NCBI GenBank assembly: GCA_977017645.1
Contig: OZ360219.1
Location: 104,036,001-104,100,000, forward strand
From: Torpedo marmorata
Lineage: Eukaryota
Reading direction: 5' to 3'
Length of the DNA: 64,000 bases
Position numbers and translations under genes: made by a program. Under the pieces are notes generated by a model. That model ran no database searches. It saw only the letters and a list, made by a program, of their open reading frames with translations, and had not been told where the DNA came from. Every line of letters starts with the position of its first letter. Within the stretch, counting starts at the first letter, position 1. Positions 50,760 through 63,390 of this stretch are shown here, piece after piece.

Positions 50760-53590
50760 CATTGGTTGTTACCTTCCAAAATTACATAAATCCCAGAATA
50801 GTTCCTATAGATCGGAAAGTGACAGATGTAACACAAACATTTAAGAGGCAGAAAGAAAATAGATCTCCAGACCAATCTGCCTGACATTGGGAGTTGGTAA
50901 AATGTTGGAATCTATAACAAAGTGGCCACAGCACCTTCATAAAATAATGAAATAAGATTGGGTGGACTCAACATAGATTTATGAATTTATTGAAAAATCT
51001 GTTAGAATGTTTAGAAGTTGTAACTAACAGAATATGGAAGAGGGAAGGCAGTGTATGGTTTCCAATTCAGAAGACTTTGATAGGGTTACAACACACAACA
51101 TGGGGGTGATATGCTGGATAGATTGAGGATTGGTTAACAGGCACAAAATGGAGATTAAAAAAAATAAACTGCTCACTTTTGGTTTGGAGGCTGTGACAAA
51201 TAGGGTGTCACAAGGATCAGCGCTAGAGAACCAGTTGTTCAGAATATGTATCAATGATTTGGCTGAAGGGATCAAATGTAATATTATTGCTGATGAGAAT
51301 AAACTGGGTGGAAGTGAGGCTTCAATCATTTTGAAGCAGCAGAGACATCTAGTTATAGATAGATGAAGCAAATGGGATCGGACATGTAAAAAATATCAGG
51401 ACATCTACTTCCAAAGGAATAAAATGCAAATCACAGTAGTTTTCGTAAGAGTGAGAGCTTGATAGGTATTGGTGTCCGTGTACACATTGCTGGAAGTTAA
51501 CATGTAGGTGCAGCAAGCACTTAGGAAGGCAAGCAGCATTTTCAGAATCAGAATTTATTGTCATGAACAAGTCACGAAATTCGGTGTTTTGCAGCAGCAT
51601 CATAGTGCAAACATTCATATTATGAACCACCTTACAAAAATAATACAAAAAAATAAAAATAAAAATAGTAGTGCACGAAAATTAAGGCAGTGTCTTTTGT
51701 TCATTGATTATTCAAAAATCTGATGGCAGCGGGGAAGAAGCTGTCTTTGTGCCGCTGAGTGCTCGCCTTTAGGCTCCTGTACATTTTTCCCAATGGTAGC
51801 AGAGTGAAGAGGGCATGGCCTGGGTGGTGGGGGTCTTTGAGAATAGAGGCTGCTTTTTTAAGACACCGCCTCATATAGATGTCCTCGATGGAGTAAAGTC
51901 TGGTGCCTGAGATGTCGCAGGCCGAGTTAACAACCCTCTGGAGTTTTTTCTTGTCCTGAGATTTGGCGCCTCCGTACCAGACAGTGATGCAACCAGCCAG
52001 AATGCTCTCCACGGTACACCTGTAGAGGTTTTCGAGAGTCTACGGTGACATACCAAATCTCCTCAAGCACCTCACAAAGTATAGCCGCTGGTGGGCCTTC
52101 TTCGTGATTGCATCAACATGGAGACTCCAGGACAGATCCTCAAAGATGTTGACACCCAGGAGTTTGAAGTTCTTGACACTCTCCACTACTGAGCCCTCGA
52201 TGAGGTCTGGGTCGTGTTCCCCTGACTCCCTCCTGAAGTCCACAATCATCTCCTTTGTTTTGCTAACGTTGAGTGCAAGGTTGTTGCCATTACACCATTC
52301 AACGAGCTGATCTATCTCCCTCCTGTACGCTTCCTCATTGCCGTTTGTGATTCTGCCGACAACTGTGGTGTCATCGGCAAACTTGTAGATAGCATTGGAA
52401 TTGTGCCTGGCCACACAGTCATGGGTGTATAATGAGTAGAGCAGTGGGCTAAGCACGCATCCTTGGGGTGCGCCTGTGTTGATAATCAGTGAGGAGGAGA
52501 CGTTGTTTCCAATTCGTACTGACTGTGGTCTTCCGATGAGAAAGTCAAGGATCCAGTTGCAGAGGAGGGTACAGAGGCCCAGAGTTTGTAACTTCTTGAT
52601 CAGCACTGAGGGAATAATGGTGTTGAAGGCTGAGCTGTAGTCGATGAAGAGCAGCCGTATGTATGAGTTGCTGTTTTCGAGGTGTTCCAGAGCTGAGTAG
52701 AGAGCCAGCGATATTACATCTGCTGTGGAGCGATTGTGACGATAGGCAAATTGCAGTGGGTCCAGATCTTTGCTTAGGTACGTGTTAATTCTGGCCATGA
52801 CCAGTCTCTCAAAGCATTTCATCACAGTAGAAGTTAGTGCTACTGGGTGGTAGTCGTTGAGGCAGCTCACACTACTCTTCTTGGGTACCGGGATGATTGA
52901 TGCCCTTTTGAAGCAGGTGGGAACCTCTGACTGCCGCAATGAGAGGTTGAAAATGTCCGTGAACACACCGGCTTGTTGGTTGTCACAGATTTTCAGTACC
53001 CTTCCAGGTACGCCGTCAGAGACAGATATGTTCTAACATCGTCCTCAGAGACAGATATCACAAGGCTATATCACAGGGCTATATTTTGGACTATATTGCA
53101 GGAGGGTTAAAAAAAAAAAGGCATCTTATGACAATTATATCCATCCTTAATGAGACCACCCCTAGAATATTGAATGCAGGTCTGGTGTACATTTGTTTTA
53201 AATGGAGCTCACCAGATTGATTCTGAGATGACAACATGCCATGCAAGGCAAGATTAAGCAGACTAGGCCTCTCCTCTGTAATCTCGTTGCAACTACACAT
53301 TAAGCTTGAAAGGATAGATGCACAAATGATATATTTTTTTTATTCTGGTTGCGGTGACTAGTCTCAAAGTGAGAAGCCAGCCAATCATGGCAGAGATGAG
53401 AAGAAGTTTCTTCACCCCAAGGAAAGGAAGTCTTTGAAATCATCAACCCAAAACTTTGTCGCTGAGTACATTCAAGGCTTAGATTTTTAGCTGGATTTCG
53501 AGGTTCATGAAGTAAAGTTGTATAGAGGTAAAAAAAAAAATCAGTATTTATCCTATTGAATGGCAGACAAGATATATGGGACCAGAAGGA
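50760..53590 (+). mobile_element. Old CR1 LINE interrupted by Rex1
   Basis: Degenerate RT (VSQGSAL..LF.ICINDL..IADE) before 51541; CR1 C-terminal sequence continues after ~53081. Confidence 0.6.
51542..53080 (-). mobile_element. Rex1/Babar family A LINE (slightly divergent), 5'-truncated
   Basis: RT ORFs 52040-52966 and 51701-52012; (ATTCTG)n tail. Confidence 0.92.
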
Positions 53591-54109
53591 ATTTGTACGC
53601 TCCCCCCACGACCGTGTAGGTTTCCTCCGGGTGCTCCAGTCTCCTCCCATGTTCCAAAGTCACAAGGAGTTAGCAGGTTAATTGGTCACATGGGTGTTTT
53701 TGGGCATCACAGGCAAGATGGGCCTGTTACCGTGCTGAATCTCTCAATTTAAATTTTTAAAAAGACTTACTCTTGCTCCTCATTTGATTTACATGACTGT
53801 GCCTCTAATAATTAGCACTTCCTGCAACACCAATAAAGAAGCAGTCAGGATGACAACCTCAAATCTCTGGAATGTACATCAAATCAACCTTCGCCTACCT
53901 TAAACACCACCAATGAACCAAGATAAAAAACTAAACAAATACAATTTTGACTTTCAAAGGCTAATTAATAATGATAGCCAGTGAGCTACATCCACAATGG
54001 AGTAACATTGAAAATGAGGTTTATGATGCACCAGGAAGATCACATAAATATATGTATTTTTTTTTAAGTCCTGGAAGTAGACATTAAGGCGATGGAGAGA
54101 GAACCAAAT

Positions 54110-54650
54110 GGAAAGCACCTCTACTTTCTAAGGTCTGAAGAGATTTGACACGTTGTGAAATACTCTCTCGAGCTTCTACAGATGTACAGTGGAAAGTATA
54201 CTGACTGGTTTTACCGTGGCCTGGTTTGGAAATTTGAGTGTCCAAGAATGCAGAAGGCTGCAAAAAGTGTTAAACAAATCTGGCTGAGTCCATCATGGGC
54301 ATCGACCTCCTGTTAAGTGAAAACATCTATGTGACGCACTGCCTCAAAAAAGCAGCCAACATTATAAAAGATCCTCATTTCTTCTTGTTGCTACTTTTAA
54401 GCAGAAAGCCTGAAGTCCTGCCCTAACTAAAATATCTGTCTGCATGCTAACTGCAACTGTGAATATTAATTTATCTCTCCATTTAATATTTATAATCCCT
54501 TTTTCTGACTCATGGCATATTGTGGTAATTTCATTTATACTATTGTAGTTCGTGTATCTTACGTACCTGTGTGGCTGCAGCGAGTAAGAATTGCAGTGCA
54601 TCTGTACATTGTACTGACATATATGACAATAAACTCTCATTCATTCTCTC
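54110..54650 (+). mobile_element. Old Rex1-like LINE 3' remnant
   Basis: Degenerate [21 protein letters not shown] region; tail ACAATAAACTCTCATTCATTC. Confidence 0.6.
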
Positions 54651-57597
54651 AAAACAAAGTTTTCAGGGGTAGGTTCGGGCAGGAACAGGACAAATGTGAG
54701 AGGCAGTGACCACAAATTACAGTGCCCATCGAGAAAAGTACTGAAAAGAAAATGGTCTGGCACACAGTAAGCAGATTATTATTGAGTTAAAATGGTGAAA
54801 AGTCAAGTTAAATTGCAATCTTAACATTTACAAACATTTAGATATTTTGGAGAGGGCACAATTTCTGTCAAGTATTTGGAGAAAATGGATGACAACGTAA
54901 CCAACAGACTCCTGAATAATCTCCAGGGGTTTGGGTAAAACAACAGATTTAGGAATGACAGATGTGTTTAATCAGTGACTTTTCATCAGTTAATCCGCAG
55001 ACTATTAATAGGGCTCAAAGTTCACTGACAGGTGGTGTTATACCTGTACCATGTGTAGACTCAGCCCACAAAGACTAAAATGGCTCTGAAGAGGAATAAG
55101 GTTGTCAATCACAATGAATATTAGAGCAGACTTTAAAGGAAATGGCAACAACTCACTGTCTGAATATTGAGAGAGAAAAATCACAAGGTATGGGCTATAT
55201 CAAGGGAATAGACATGGAAAAACATTGTGCTGATTTAGAAAGAAGGAATGGAATGATGTAAGTTAACTACTGACCTGTGACCCAGGTTACTAACCTACCC
55301 TAACCTACTCACATCAGTGGTGGGTAAAGACATCAAAAGTATCACCAGACAAAGGTGGAACGTCAGGAAAAAATATAGTACGATAACAATGTGGATAGAA
55401 GGATCTATAGATGAAATAGGATCCTCGACTAATCTCCAGAAGTTCTGCAAGGGTCAAGTGTTAGTTGATGTGAAAAACTCAACTGATACAATATTTATCA
55501 TACTTTGATTTGAACACAGCCTCTAACAGAGTATATGTAAGAAATTATATTTTTGTCTGTCACAGAATGTTTGAAGATTTTGCAGTGAATCATTTATTGG
55601 TTTGAGAGGATGAAAAGTTGAACATGGTTGCTTACCTGAGTGTGATGAGACTTGATTATACATGTTGAATTTAGGTAGATTCAAGACAAGTGTACATTCA
55701 GAAAAAAACATTCAGGTTAGGTCAGGCCTCAATGTGTTCACCCAGCTCAGGACAACATGATTTATATTACCCCATGTTTCCATTGTTCTCACTCAATATG
55801 TGCAGCAGAGCAAGTCTTTCTCCTGCTCTTCTGCAAATGACTTTGGCTCAGGTCAGGTATGGATAAAAATGTTCTTTGACACAAAAGCCATTGTTTCTTA
55901 TGGCCAGGGATTTTATGTAAACGTCAGATTGTTAACTGAATTCAGAGTCGTACAGCTGCAGAGCATTGAAACAGCCCCTTATGTAAAACTTGTCCATGCT
56001 GACCAAAGTGCCTCTCTGAACAAGTCCCATTTACCTTTGCCTGGCCCATGTCCCTCTAACCCTTTCCTATTAGAGAGTTGTGAAATTTAAAGTTCATCAT
56101 GGTCAAGGTGTGATTTGAATATCAATTTTTGGATTGTTCTGTCAAGATTTGTGGGGGGGGGGGTGGGGGGGTGCGGGGCATAGCAGAGTACTGCAATGGT
56201 TGGTGCTACTACTTCAAGCTCCTGAGTTCGATCCTGACCTCTGGCACTAATACTGTGGAGTTTTCACATTCTTGCTGTGACTGCACAAATTTCCTCGACA
56301 TCTCAAAATATGTTTTCGTTTATAGATTAGATGAAAAATCCGAAAAACTGTCGGTGCTGAAAATCAGAAAACACTCCAAAGAGTGTGTGTGTTCTGTTCT
56401 TAGTGCTGTTTGCTTTAGTTAATAAATGTAGTTGTTTAAAAAGAACCCTAGTTTCTTTATTGTAATAGAAGAAACATCACACTCCCCATCCAAAGGTGTC
56501 AGACAATCTATAACACAGCGGGGAGGGGGAGCTGTTCAGGCACCTCCCCTCCCCTTGTCAGCCACCCACGTTGCACAAAAACAAAGGAGATGCAGAGATC
56601 TTGAATAGAATGTCTCCCAGCATATTGTCAAAGCTGGAGAGGACCCAGAAGATTAATCTGTGCGATGTTAAAAACCTATTCATCTTTCACCACAGCACTC
56701 GATCAATATGAAGCAAACAGCTGTCCCAGCCAGTTAACATTGGCACGAGCAATCACTTCAGTATTGACTTGGCTAAAATCAACAAGAGGTCTTTCAATTT
56801 GCTTGTATTTTAAAGCACAGTTTATTTATGACATTATCAGAACAATTTTGTTCAGCATGTTCTGAAGACTTCATATTTGATCTATGCTGGAGTTTGCTTT
56901 CTCCCCATAAGCTCATACCATGATCACACTATGTGTTATAGAAATCCTGTTCTTTAACTAATCTCCCCCTCCCAATTGTTCCAAATAAATCTCCCCAAAT
57001 TGTGTATCAAGTACAATCACAGCATCTACAGACTTTCTTTTTTCACTCCCCAAATTATTACTTTTTTTTTGGACTGCAAGTATGTTTCAGCAGCATGGAG
57101 TTGTATTCATTTGATACTGAATTTCCATCACCTTTGTGTCTGATTACCTCAGAGACTATTAAGATATTTTTTGCAATGTTGCAATCCAATACTCCTTGCA
57201 CTGTGTGCCTGAGAATTCTATTAAAATAAATCTGCCAATGTGTGTTAAATGAGCCATTTGATTTGGAAAAGGCAATTCACTTGAAACCAAATTTGACCTT
57301 TCATTTAAAAAAAACACAAATTATTTTGGAAGTCATATTCAGCACACACTTGTCAGAAACCAGACATAAAAGCATTCTGAGAAAGCTGTCCTCACTCTCC
57401 TATTTTAACACTGATTCACAATCTGTACATTGAGTTTTAATCTCTCCACCCAGTCGTTCTAGGATAGAGCACAGAATTAAAGCTATTCAGCCCATCAAGA
57501 TTGCACCACCACTTCCAAAGAGTAACCTAATTCCACTCCTTCTGCACACTGTTACCATTCTTTTCTCCAGCAAATATTAAACCAATTCTCTTTTGTT

Positions 57598-57840
57598 AGG
57601 GCAGCACAGTTGGCGTAGCAGTTGCCGCAATGCTGTTACAGCGACTGGGGTTCGAATCCGGCACTGTCTGTCAGGAGTTTGTACGTTCTCCCTGTGTCTG
57701 CGTGGGTTTCCTCCAGGTGCTCTGGTTTCCTCCCACCATTCAAAAACGTAGCAGGGATTGTAAGTCATTTGGGTGTAATTGGGCGACATGGGCTCATGGG
57801 CCTAAAGGGTCTGTTACGGTGCTGTACTGTATGTCCAATT
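57598..57840 (+). mobile_element. HE1/V-SINE-like SINE, best-preserved copy
   Basis: A-box TGGCGTAGCAG, B-box GGTTCGAATCC, core GGAGTTTGTACGTTCTCCCTGTGTCTGCGTGGGTTTCCTCC. Confidence 0.8.
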
Positions 57841-58299
57841 TGTTTTTTAAATTACATTTAATATACTGAACAAAAATCACCAAAATGGAACACCTCAAGG
57901 CTGGAAACCTGAAATAACAGAAAATATTGGAACGAGCTGTTCAGCACACAGAACACAGAAAAGTAGAGCAGAACAGACCCTTCAGCCCATGATGTCTCTG
58001 CAGAAGTTGATGTCCAAATTAAACCAACTCATTTCTGCCTGTAAATGTTTCCTCTCCTTTCATTCCCTGCATTTCTGTGTCTGTCCAGAACCCACTTAAA
58101 TACGACTATCATACCTGCTTCCACCAGAAACTCTGGCAGCCCATTTCAGGCACCTACCACTCTGTTTACAATATTATCGAACATTGAACTGCAGAATAGA
58201 TTATTTCAAGCATATTCTGGTTTCATTTTCTGTCCTCTATCCAGCTCCACTTTCTTCTGTAGTTTTAAAACGCACTTTTCTCCAATTGTTCTCAAGTGA

Positions 58300-59010
58300 T
58301 CATTGGGGGATCAGAGGTAGAGACAGTGAGCAGATTTAAGTTCATGGGAGTCACTATCTCAGAGGACCTTTCCTGGATCCAACACATTAATGGGATCATG
58401 AAGAAAGCATGTCAGTGCCTCTACTTCCTCAGAGATTTGATATGACATCGGAAATCCTGGCAAATTTCTTCAGATGTGTGGTGGAATGTGTGCTGACCGG
58501 CTGCATCACGGTCTGGTATGGGGACACCAATACCCATGAGCGGAGAGCCCTGCAAAAGTTAATGGACACACCCTAGAACATCACAGGCAAAAATCTCCCC
58601 ACCATCGAGAACATCTACAGGGAACACTGCCGTCGGAGAGCAGCAGCAATCATCAAGGATCCACCCCACTCGGCACATGCTCTGTTCTCACTGCTACCAT
58701 CAGGAAAGAGGTACAGGGGCCACAAGACTCACACCACCAGGTTCAGGAACAGCTGTTACCCCTCTACCATCAGACTCAACAACAAACTCAATCAGAGACT
58801 CATTTAAGGACTCTTACTTGTGCACTTTATTGATTTTTTTTCTTTCTGTATTGCACAGTTTGTTTATATTTCTTTATTTGTTTACATGTGTATGATGTGT
58901 TCAGTTTTTTTGCACTACCAATAAGTGGTAATTCTGCCTCACCCGCAGGAAAAATAATCTCAAGGTTATATGTGATGTCATGCATGTACTCCGACAATAA
59001 AACTGATCTT
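58300..59010 (+). mobile_element. Rex1-like family C LINE 3' part
   Basis: Degenerate FKFMGVTISEDLSW and [13 protein letters not shown]; 3' UTR shared with 59693-59992. Confidence 0.75.
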
Positions 59011-59692
59011 TGAAATCATCAGATGCTGACTGACCTACTGAACATTTCGATCATTCTCTGCAATTTTTATTTCTTCTCTCAAATTTTGAGGAGAGAAATC
59101 TCTATTCTTTGTCCAATCCATCTGCAATCCTTCATTTCTCGAATAATTCCCATAAATCCCTTTTGAACTATCTCCAAACTCTCGTCGCGCTAATCGGACG
59201 AAACTCACCATCGAGGACTGAATGAGTTTTATTACCAAGAATGGAGCAGTCACGTGCAACAAATAAATATCAACACAAAACAAATGTTCAGATTAATCAG
59301 CATCATTTGAGAGAGAGAGGTGGTTGATGCTTCAGGCTAAATCCCCAGCCTCAGAACTGGAGATCATAAAAAAGTGCAAGGATGCTGAGAAAAAGGTGTT
59401 GGAAGAGGAAGAGCGAATGGCAGACAAGGAATGGAAAGCATTTGAGATTGATTAATGATGTATGTGATGGTGTAAAAAAAAGTGGTATGGGTCAAGAAAG
59501 GAAACAAAGCGCAGGACATAGAGGAGGTGTAAATGGGGACAGTAGGTAATTAATTGGGAAATTAAACCTCGTGTTGAGTCTGGAACACTGCAATGCATCT
59601 TGTCAGAAGATGATGTGCAGTTCTTTGAGCTTATGCTAAATTGTATTCCTACAGTGTGAAGCAAATGAGAGATTAGAGTGGGGAAAAGACTC

Positions 59693-59992
59693 AAGACTCG
59701 TACCCCAAGGTTCAGGAACAGTTGCTACCCCTCCACTATCAGACTCCTAAACAACAGACTCAATCAGAGACTCATTTAAGGACTCTTACTTTGCACATTA
59801 TTTATTATTGAAAATTTATTTTCTGTATTGCACAGATTGTTTGCGCTTCCTTTTTGTTTACATTTCTCTCTTTCGTATATGTATCTTTTCTTGAGTACAT
59901 TTTCTTTTCTTTTTTTGCCTGGCTAGGAGAAAAAATAATCTCAGGGTTGTATGTGATGTCATGCATGTACTCTGACAATAAATCTGAACTTT
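59693..59992 (+). mobile_element. Rex1-like family C 3' end
   Basis: Direct, diverged copy of 58724-59010. Confidence 0.75.
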
Positions 59993-60228
59993 GAAAAGGA
60001 TGACTGAAAGTTTGAGGTCACAATTGCAGAGTATTGCTCAAGAGGTTACCGAGCTTGTGGTTGATCTGCCTAATGGTGGTGGGAAGTGGAGAATGCAATG
60101 AACGCTCCAATTTTGTCCTCGCTCTGGGCAGTGCCTTGTAAAAGACACTACACTACCATGAAAGCAGCAAATCCCTGCTGATTTTTCAGTCTGTAATAAG
60201 AAAGCCAAAAAAAATTATCCTTACTGAA

Positions 60229-60323
60229 GGGCTCAGCCCCGAAATATTGGTTACCCTTTGCTCCCTATAGATGCTGCATAACCTGCTGAGTTTGCAAAGT
60301 TTCTCAGCACTTTTGTGTACTAC
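60229..60323 (+). mobile_element. Solitary PLE terminal-repeat insertion
   Basis: pLTR sequence flanked by CCTTACTGAA at 60219-60228 and 60324-60333. Confidence 0.65.
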
Positions 60324-60664
60324 CCTTACTGAAACTTTGGTCACAATAGCTATCTGCACCCAAGACTAAAAACTCTGTCCTCTTCACAAAAACTCAGTTT
60401 TTGAAGGGCTTCCTTTTCTTATAGAAAGCCTGGCATCCACATTCATATATTTATTATACAACCAATTATTTATGGTCATAACTGAAAAGTAGAAAAGTGC
60501 CAATGCCAATTTTACATTTTTATGGTGTCTCTTAATGCATGTTGGTGATTTGGTGTACACTATTTCAGCTGGTGTATTGCATCTATGCATTGTATTTATA
60601 TATACAATAATAAACTGTCATTACTCATTTACTAATGAGATAAATGACCACTGGTTTATCAAGT

Positions 60665-61160
60665 GGTGACTGTTATACAGGCTCACCATCAAAAGCATTG
60701 TAACTGGATGTATCACAACATGGTACGGGAGCTGCTCTGCTCAAGATCGGAAGATGCGAAAGTAGTGAATTCAGCTCAGAACATCACGCAAACTTCCCTC
60801 CCCTCCATGCTCTCCAGCTGCACCTCCTGCTGCCGATGCAAGGCAGCCAACACACCCCAGATACACTCTCTTCTCCTTCCTCCCATCAGAGAGAAGGTTC
60901 AAGTGCGTGAAATCGTGCACCAACAGGCTTAAAGACAGTTTATTCCCTGCACCCATCAGGCTCCTGAATGATCTCCATAACAGTGCTCTCATGCTGTCCT
61001 TGCTTTGTACTAATTGATCTCACTCATCGCAACCCCATGCTCTATACTGTGCTCTGCCCGTATACTTTGTACAGCTGTGTGAATGCTGGAATTGACTTAC
61101 CAGATTGCTCATGAAGAGCCCTACTCATTGCACCAGTTAAATGTGACGATAAACTTGAAA
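60665..61160 (+). mobile_element. Old Rex1-like LINE 3' remnant
   Basis: Degenerate C-terminus (TNRLKDSLFPAPIRLLN); tail GATAAACTTGAA. Confidence 0.55.
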
Positions 61161-61320
61161 AATATTCGTCTTTTCTCCCCTGCATTTCTTTGTACACTGT
61201 GAAGTAAACCTATTTCCATCTGAGATGGCATTCAAAGCTTCTTTTTAAATATCACATCCAGATGATGCACTCCGATTCTGCAAACCTCCCTCAGAGCCGC
61301 AACATATTGTCAGTACTGAT

Positions 61321-61519
61321 GCAATACACGAAAGTGCTGAAGACTCAGCAGGTCACGCAGCATCCATAGGAAGTAAAAGGCAGTCGATGAAGGGCTCAGG
61401 CATGAAACTTCGATTGCCTTTTACTTCCTATGGACTCTGCATGACCTGCTGAGTTTCCCCAGCACTGTTGTGTACTGCACGAGACCGCAGTATCTGCAAA
61501 TTTCATTGTTTACCTTCTT
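61321..61519. mobile_element. PLE-derived fold-back mini-element
   Basis: Inverted pLTR arms; TSD-like TTGTCAGTACTGAT (61307-61320) / TTGTTAGTATTGAT (61520-61533). Confidence 0.7.
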
Positions 61520-62002
61520 TTGTTAGTATTGATAATAGTTTCATCCTGAAGTTGGACTCCATTTTATGGCCACTTAATGGACACAAGAGTGATCCATTGC
61601 TTTGCACCCCTTGTAACAAGTCTGAATTGCCAATGACAGTTGCCTGCTCGAGCTGAATTTAAAGTTGTGCTTCATTAAGAAGCCAAACCAAATGTAATTC
61701 CAAAAGCAAAGTTGTATCAAAATGCTACTTTGAGGTTCACGATTTATTCAACTTCAGTGATTTGCAACTCATTAATAAAAGGTAAGTTGGAACGATGGCG
61801 ACGAAGACAAGAAAAGTTGTTAAGGGAAGGAAACAGACAATCAAACACAGACAGAAGGTCTGACAAAGGCTTTAATGGAGACATTAGAAAAAAAGACTAG
61901 CAAAAACACAGATCGAGATAGAGAAACAAAACATAAAAATCAGGGGTGCGGGGGGGGGGGTGGTGGGGGAGCGTAAAACCGACAGCAATTCCAACATAAA
62001 AG

Positions 62003-62236
62003 TGATAGGCCTATCAATGATTCCAGAGAGGCAGGAAGTAGTGCAGGAACAGTAGGCTTTTATTAGCTATAAAAGAGAGCGGCAGTTGACCTGCTGATCT
62101 ATCCCGGAATGGGGGCGGAGCAGTGGCACAAGGGCCTTTATTCGGGGGAGGAAGGGGGAGGAGCAACCGGGACAGACAGCAGGACATGCCCAGACTTATC
62201 CTCAGCCCACAATACATATAACAGTGGTTTACCACA
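62003..62236 (-). mobile_element. Solo LTR
   Basis: Minus strand reads TGTGG..AATAAA..ATCA; exact 5-bp TSD AAAAG at 61998-62002 and 62237-62241. Confidence 0.75.
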
Positions 62237-62267
62237 AAAAGATAAAAGACATTTATTTTTAAGTTGT

Positions 62268-62463
62268 TAGGAGTTAAACAGGAAAACTGTGATTGCAGTG
62301 CAATACAGAAAAGTGCTGGAGAAACTCAGCAGGTCCCGCAGCATCTACAGGAAGTAAAAAGATATAACCAATGTTTCAGACCCAAAACGTCGGTTATATC
62401 TCTTGGCTTCCTATGGACACTGCGTGATCTGCAGTGTTTATCCAGCTCTTTTGTGTATTGCAC
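62268..62463. mobile_element. PLE-derived fold-back mini-element
   Basis: Inverted pLTR arms; TSD TATTTT(T/C)AAGTTGT at 62254-62267 and 62464-62477. Confidence 0.7.
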
Positions 62464-62815
62464 TATTTTCAAGTTGTGCTGTCCATCTCCTGCTGCGACA
62501 CCTCATTTCAATTTAGTTTCAAGCATGTTCCTTTTTTCTGGTGGAGATATATAGAGCCCCTCCAGAAGTATAGGCTGCAATCTAATAACCACTTGCTTTT
62601 TATTAGAACTAATGTCCTTCAAAATACCCACTTCAGGAAATTAGGCATGCTGCTGCGGTGTACCACGACGAGTGCTTGTCGCATCATTGAGCCCCAAACT
62701 ACCATTACTATTTTAAGCATCTTGAATGAAAAGAGACACTGGAAACACTGGAAGCAATTGATAGATGTGATGATAACATTTCATTCAGACCAAATAGTTC
62801 TTATATCATGTAAAC

Positions 62816-63192
62816 CAGTGGTTTTCAAACTTTTTCTTTCCACTCACATACCACCTTAAGCAATCCCTATGCCATAAGTGCTCTGTGATTAGAAAGGGAT
62901 TACTTAAGGTGGTATGTGAGTGGAAAGAAAAAGTTTGAAAACCACTGTTTTAATCGTACCTAATTGACTCGTTATGTGCACGGTTTCATAACTCCAAAAG
63001 AAATGGGCCAATGACAATTTTTCTCAAGCAAAATATTTCAGTAACAATTGGGTCTACAGCAGTAGTTCTCAACCTTTTTTTTCCCCACTCACATACCACC
63101 TTAAGTAATCCCTTACTAATCACAGAGCACCAAGAGCATAGTGATTACTTAACGTGGTATGTGAATAGAAAGAAAAAGTTTGAAAACCACTG
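62816..63192. mobile_element. Composite hAT-type MITE (two hairpin units plus spacer)
   Basis: TIR CAGTGGTTTTCAAAC; 8-bp TSD-like ATGTAAAC / ATGCAAAT around the whole composite. Confidence 0.75.
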
Positions 63193-63390
63193 ATGCAAAT
63201 GAACCCTTGGTCTTTAAATAAAAGAATTGCCAATTTAAAACATTTGCGATGTTCATTTCTTCAAGTGCACAACTGATTTTAAAAGCAGGTTTTTCGCAAT
63301 GATGTCCTATTTTGGGAAGTCTGATGCTATTTAAGTATTCACAATGCACTATCTCAGATGCCACTAGAAGACCACATTGTATTTGCATCT

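Noticed and set aside
8511-52310. Recurrent short ORFs ([12 protein letters not shown].., MIASTW.LQDRSS.., MGNTRYLRVG..) that look like a gene family
   Set aside because: They are antisense shadow frames of the repeated Rex1 RT/APE sequence.
57598-57670. tRNA gene
   Set aside because: The A/B boxes run into a SINE core found in many copies, and no complete cloverleaf is evident.
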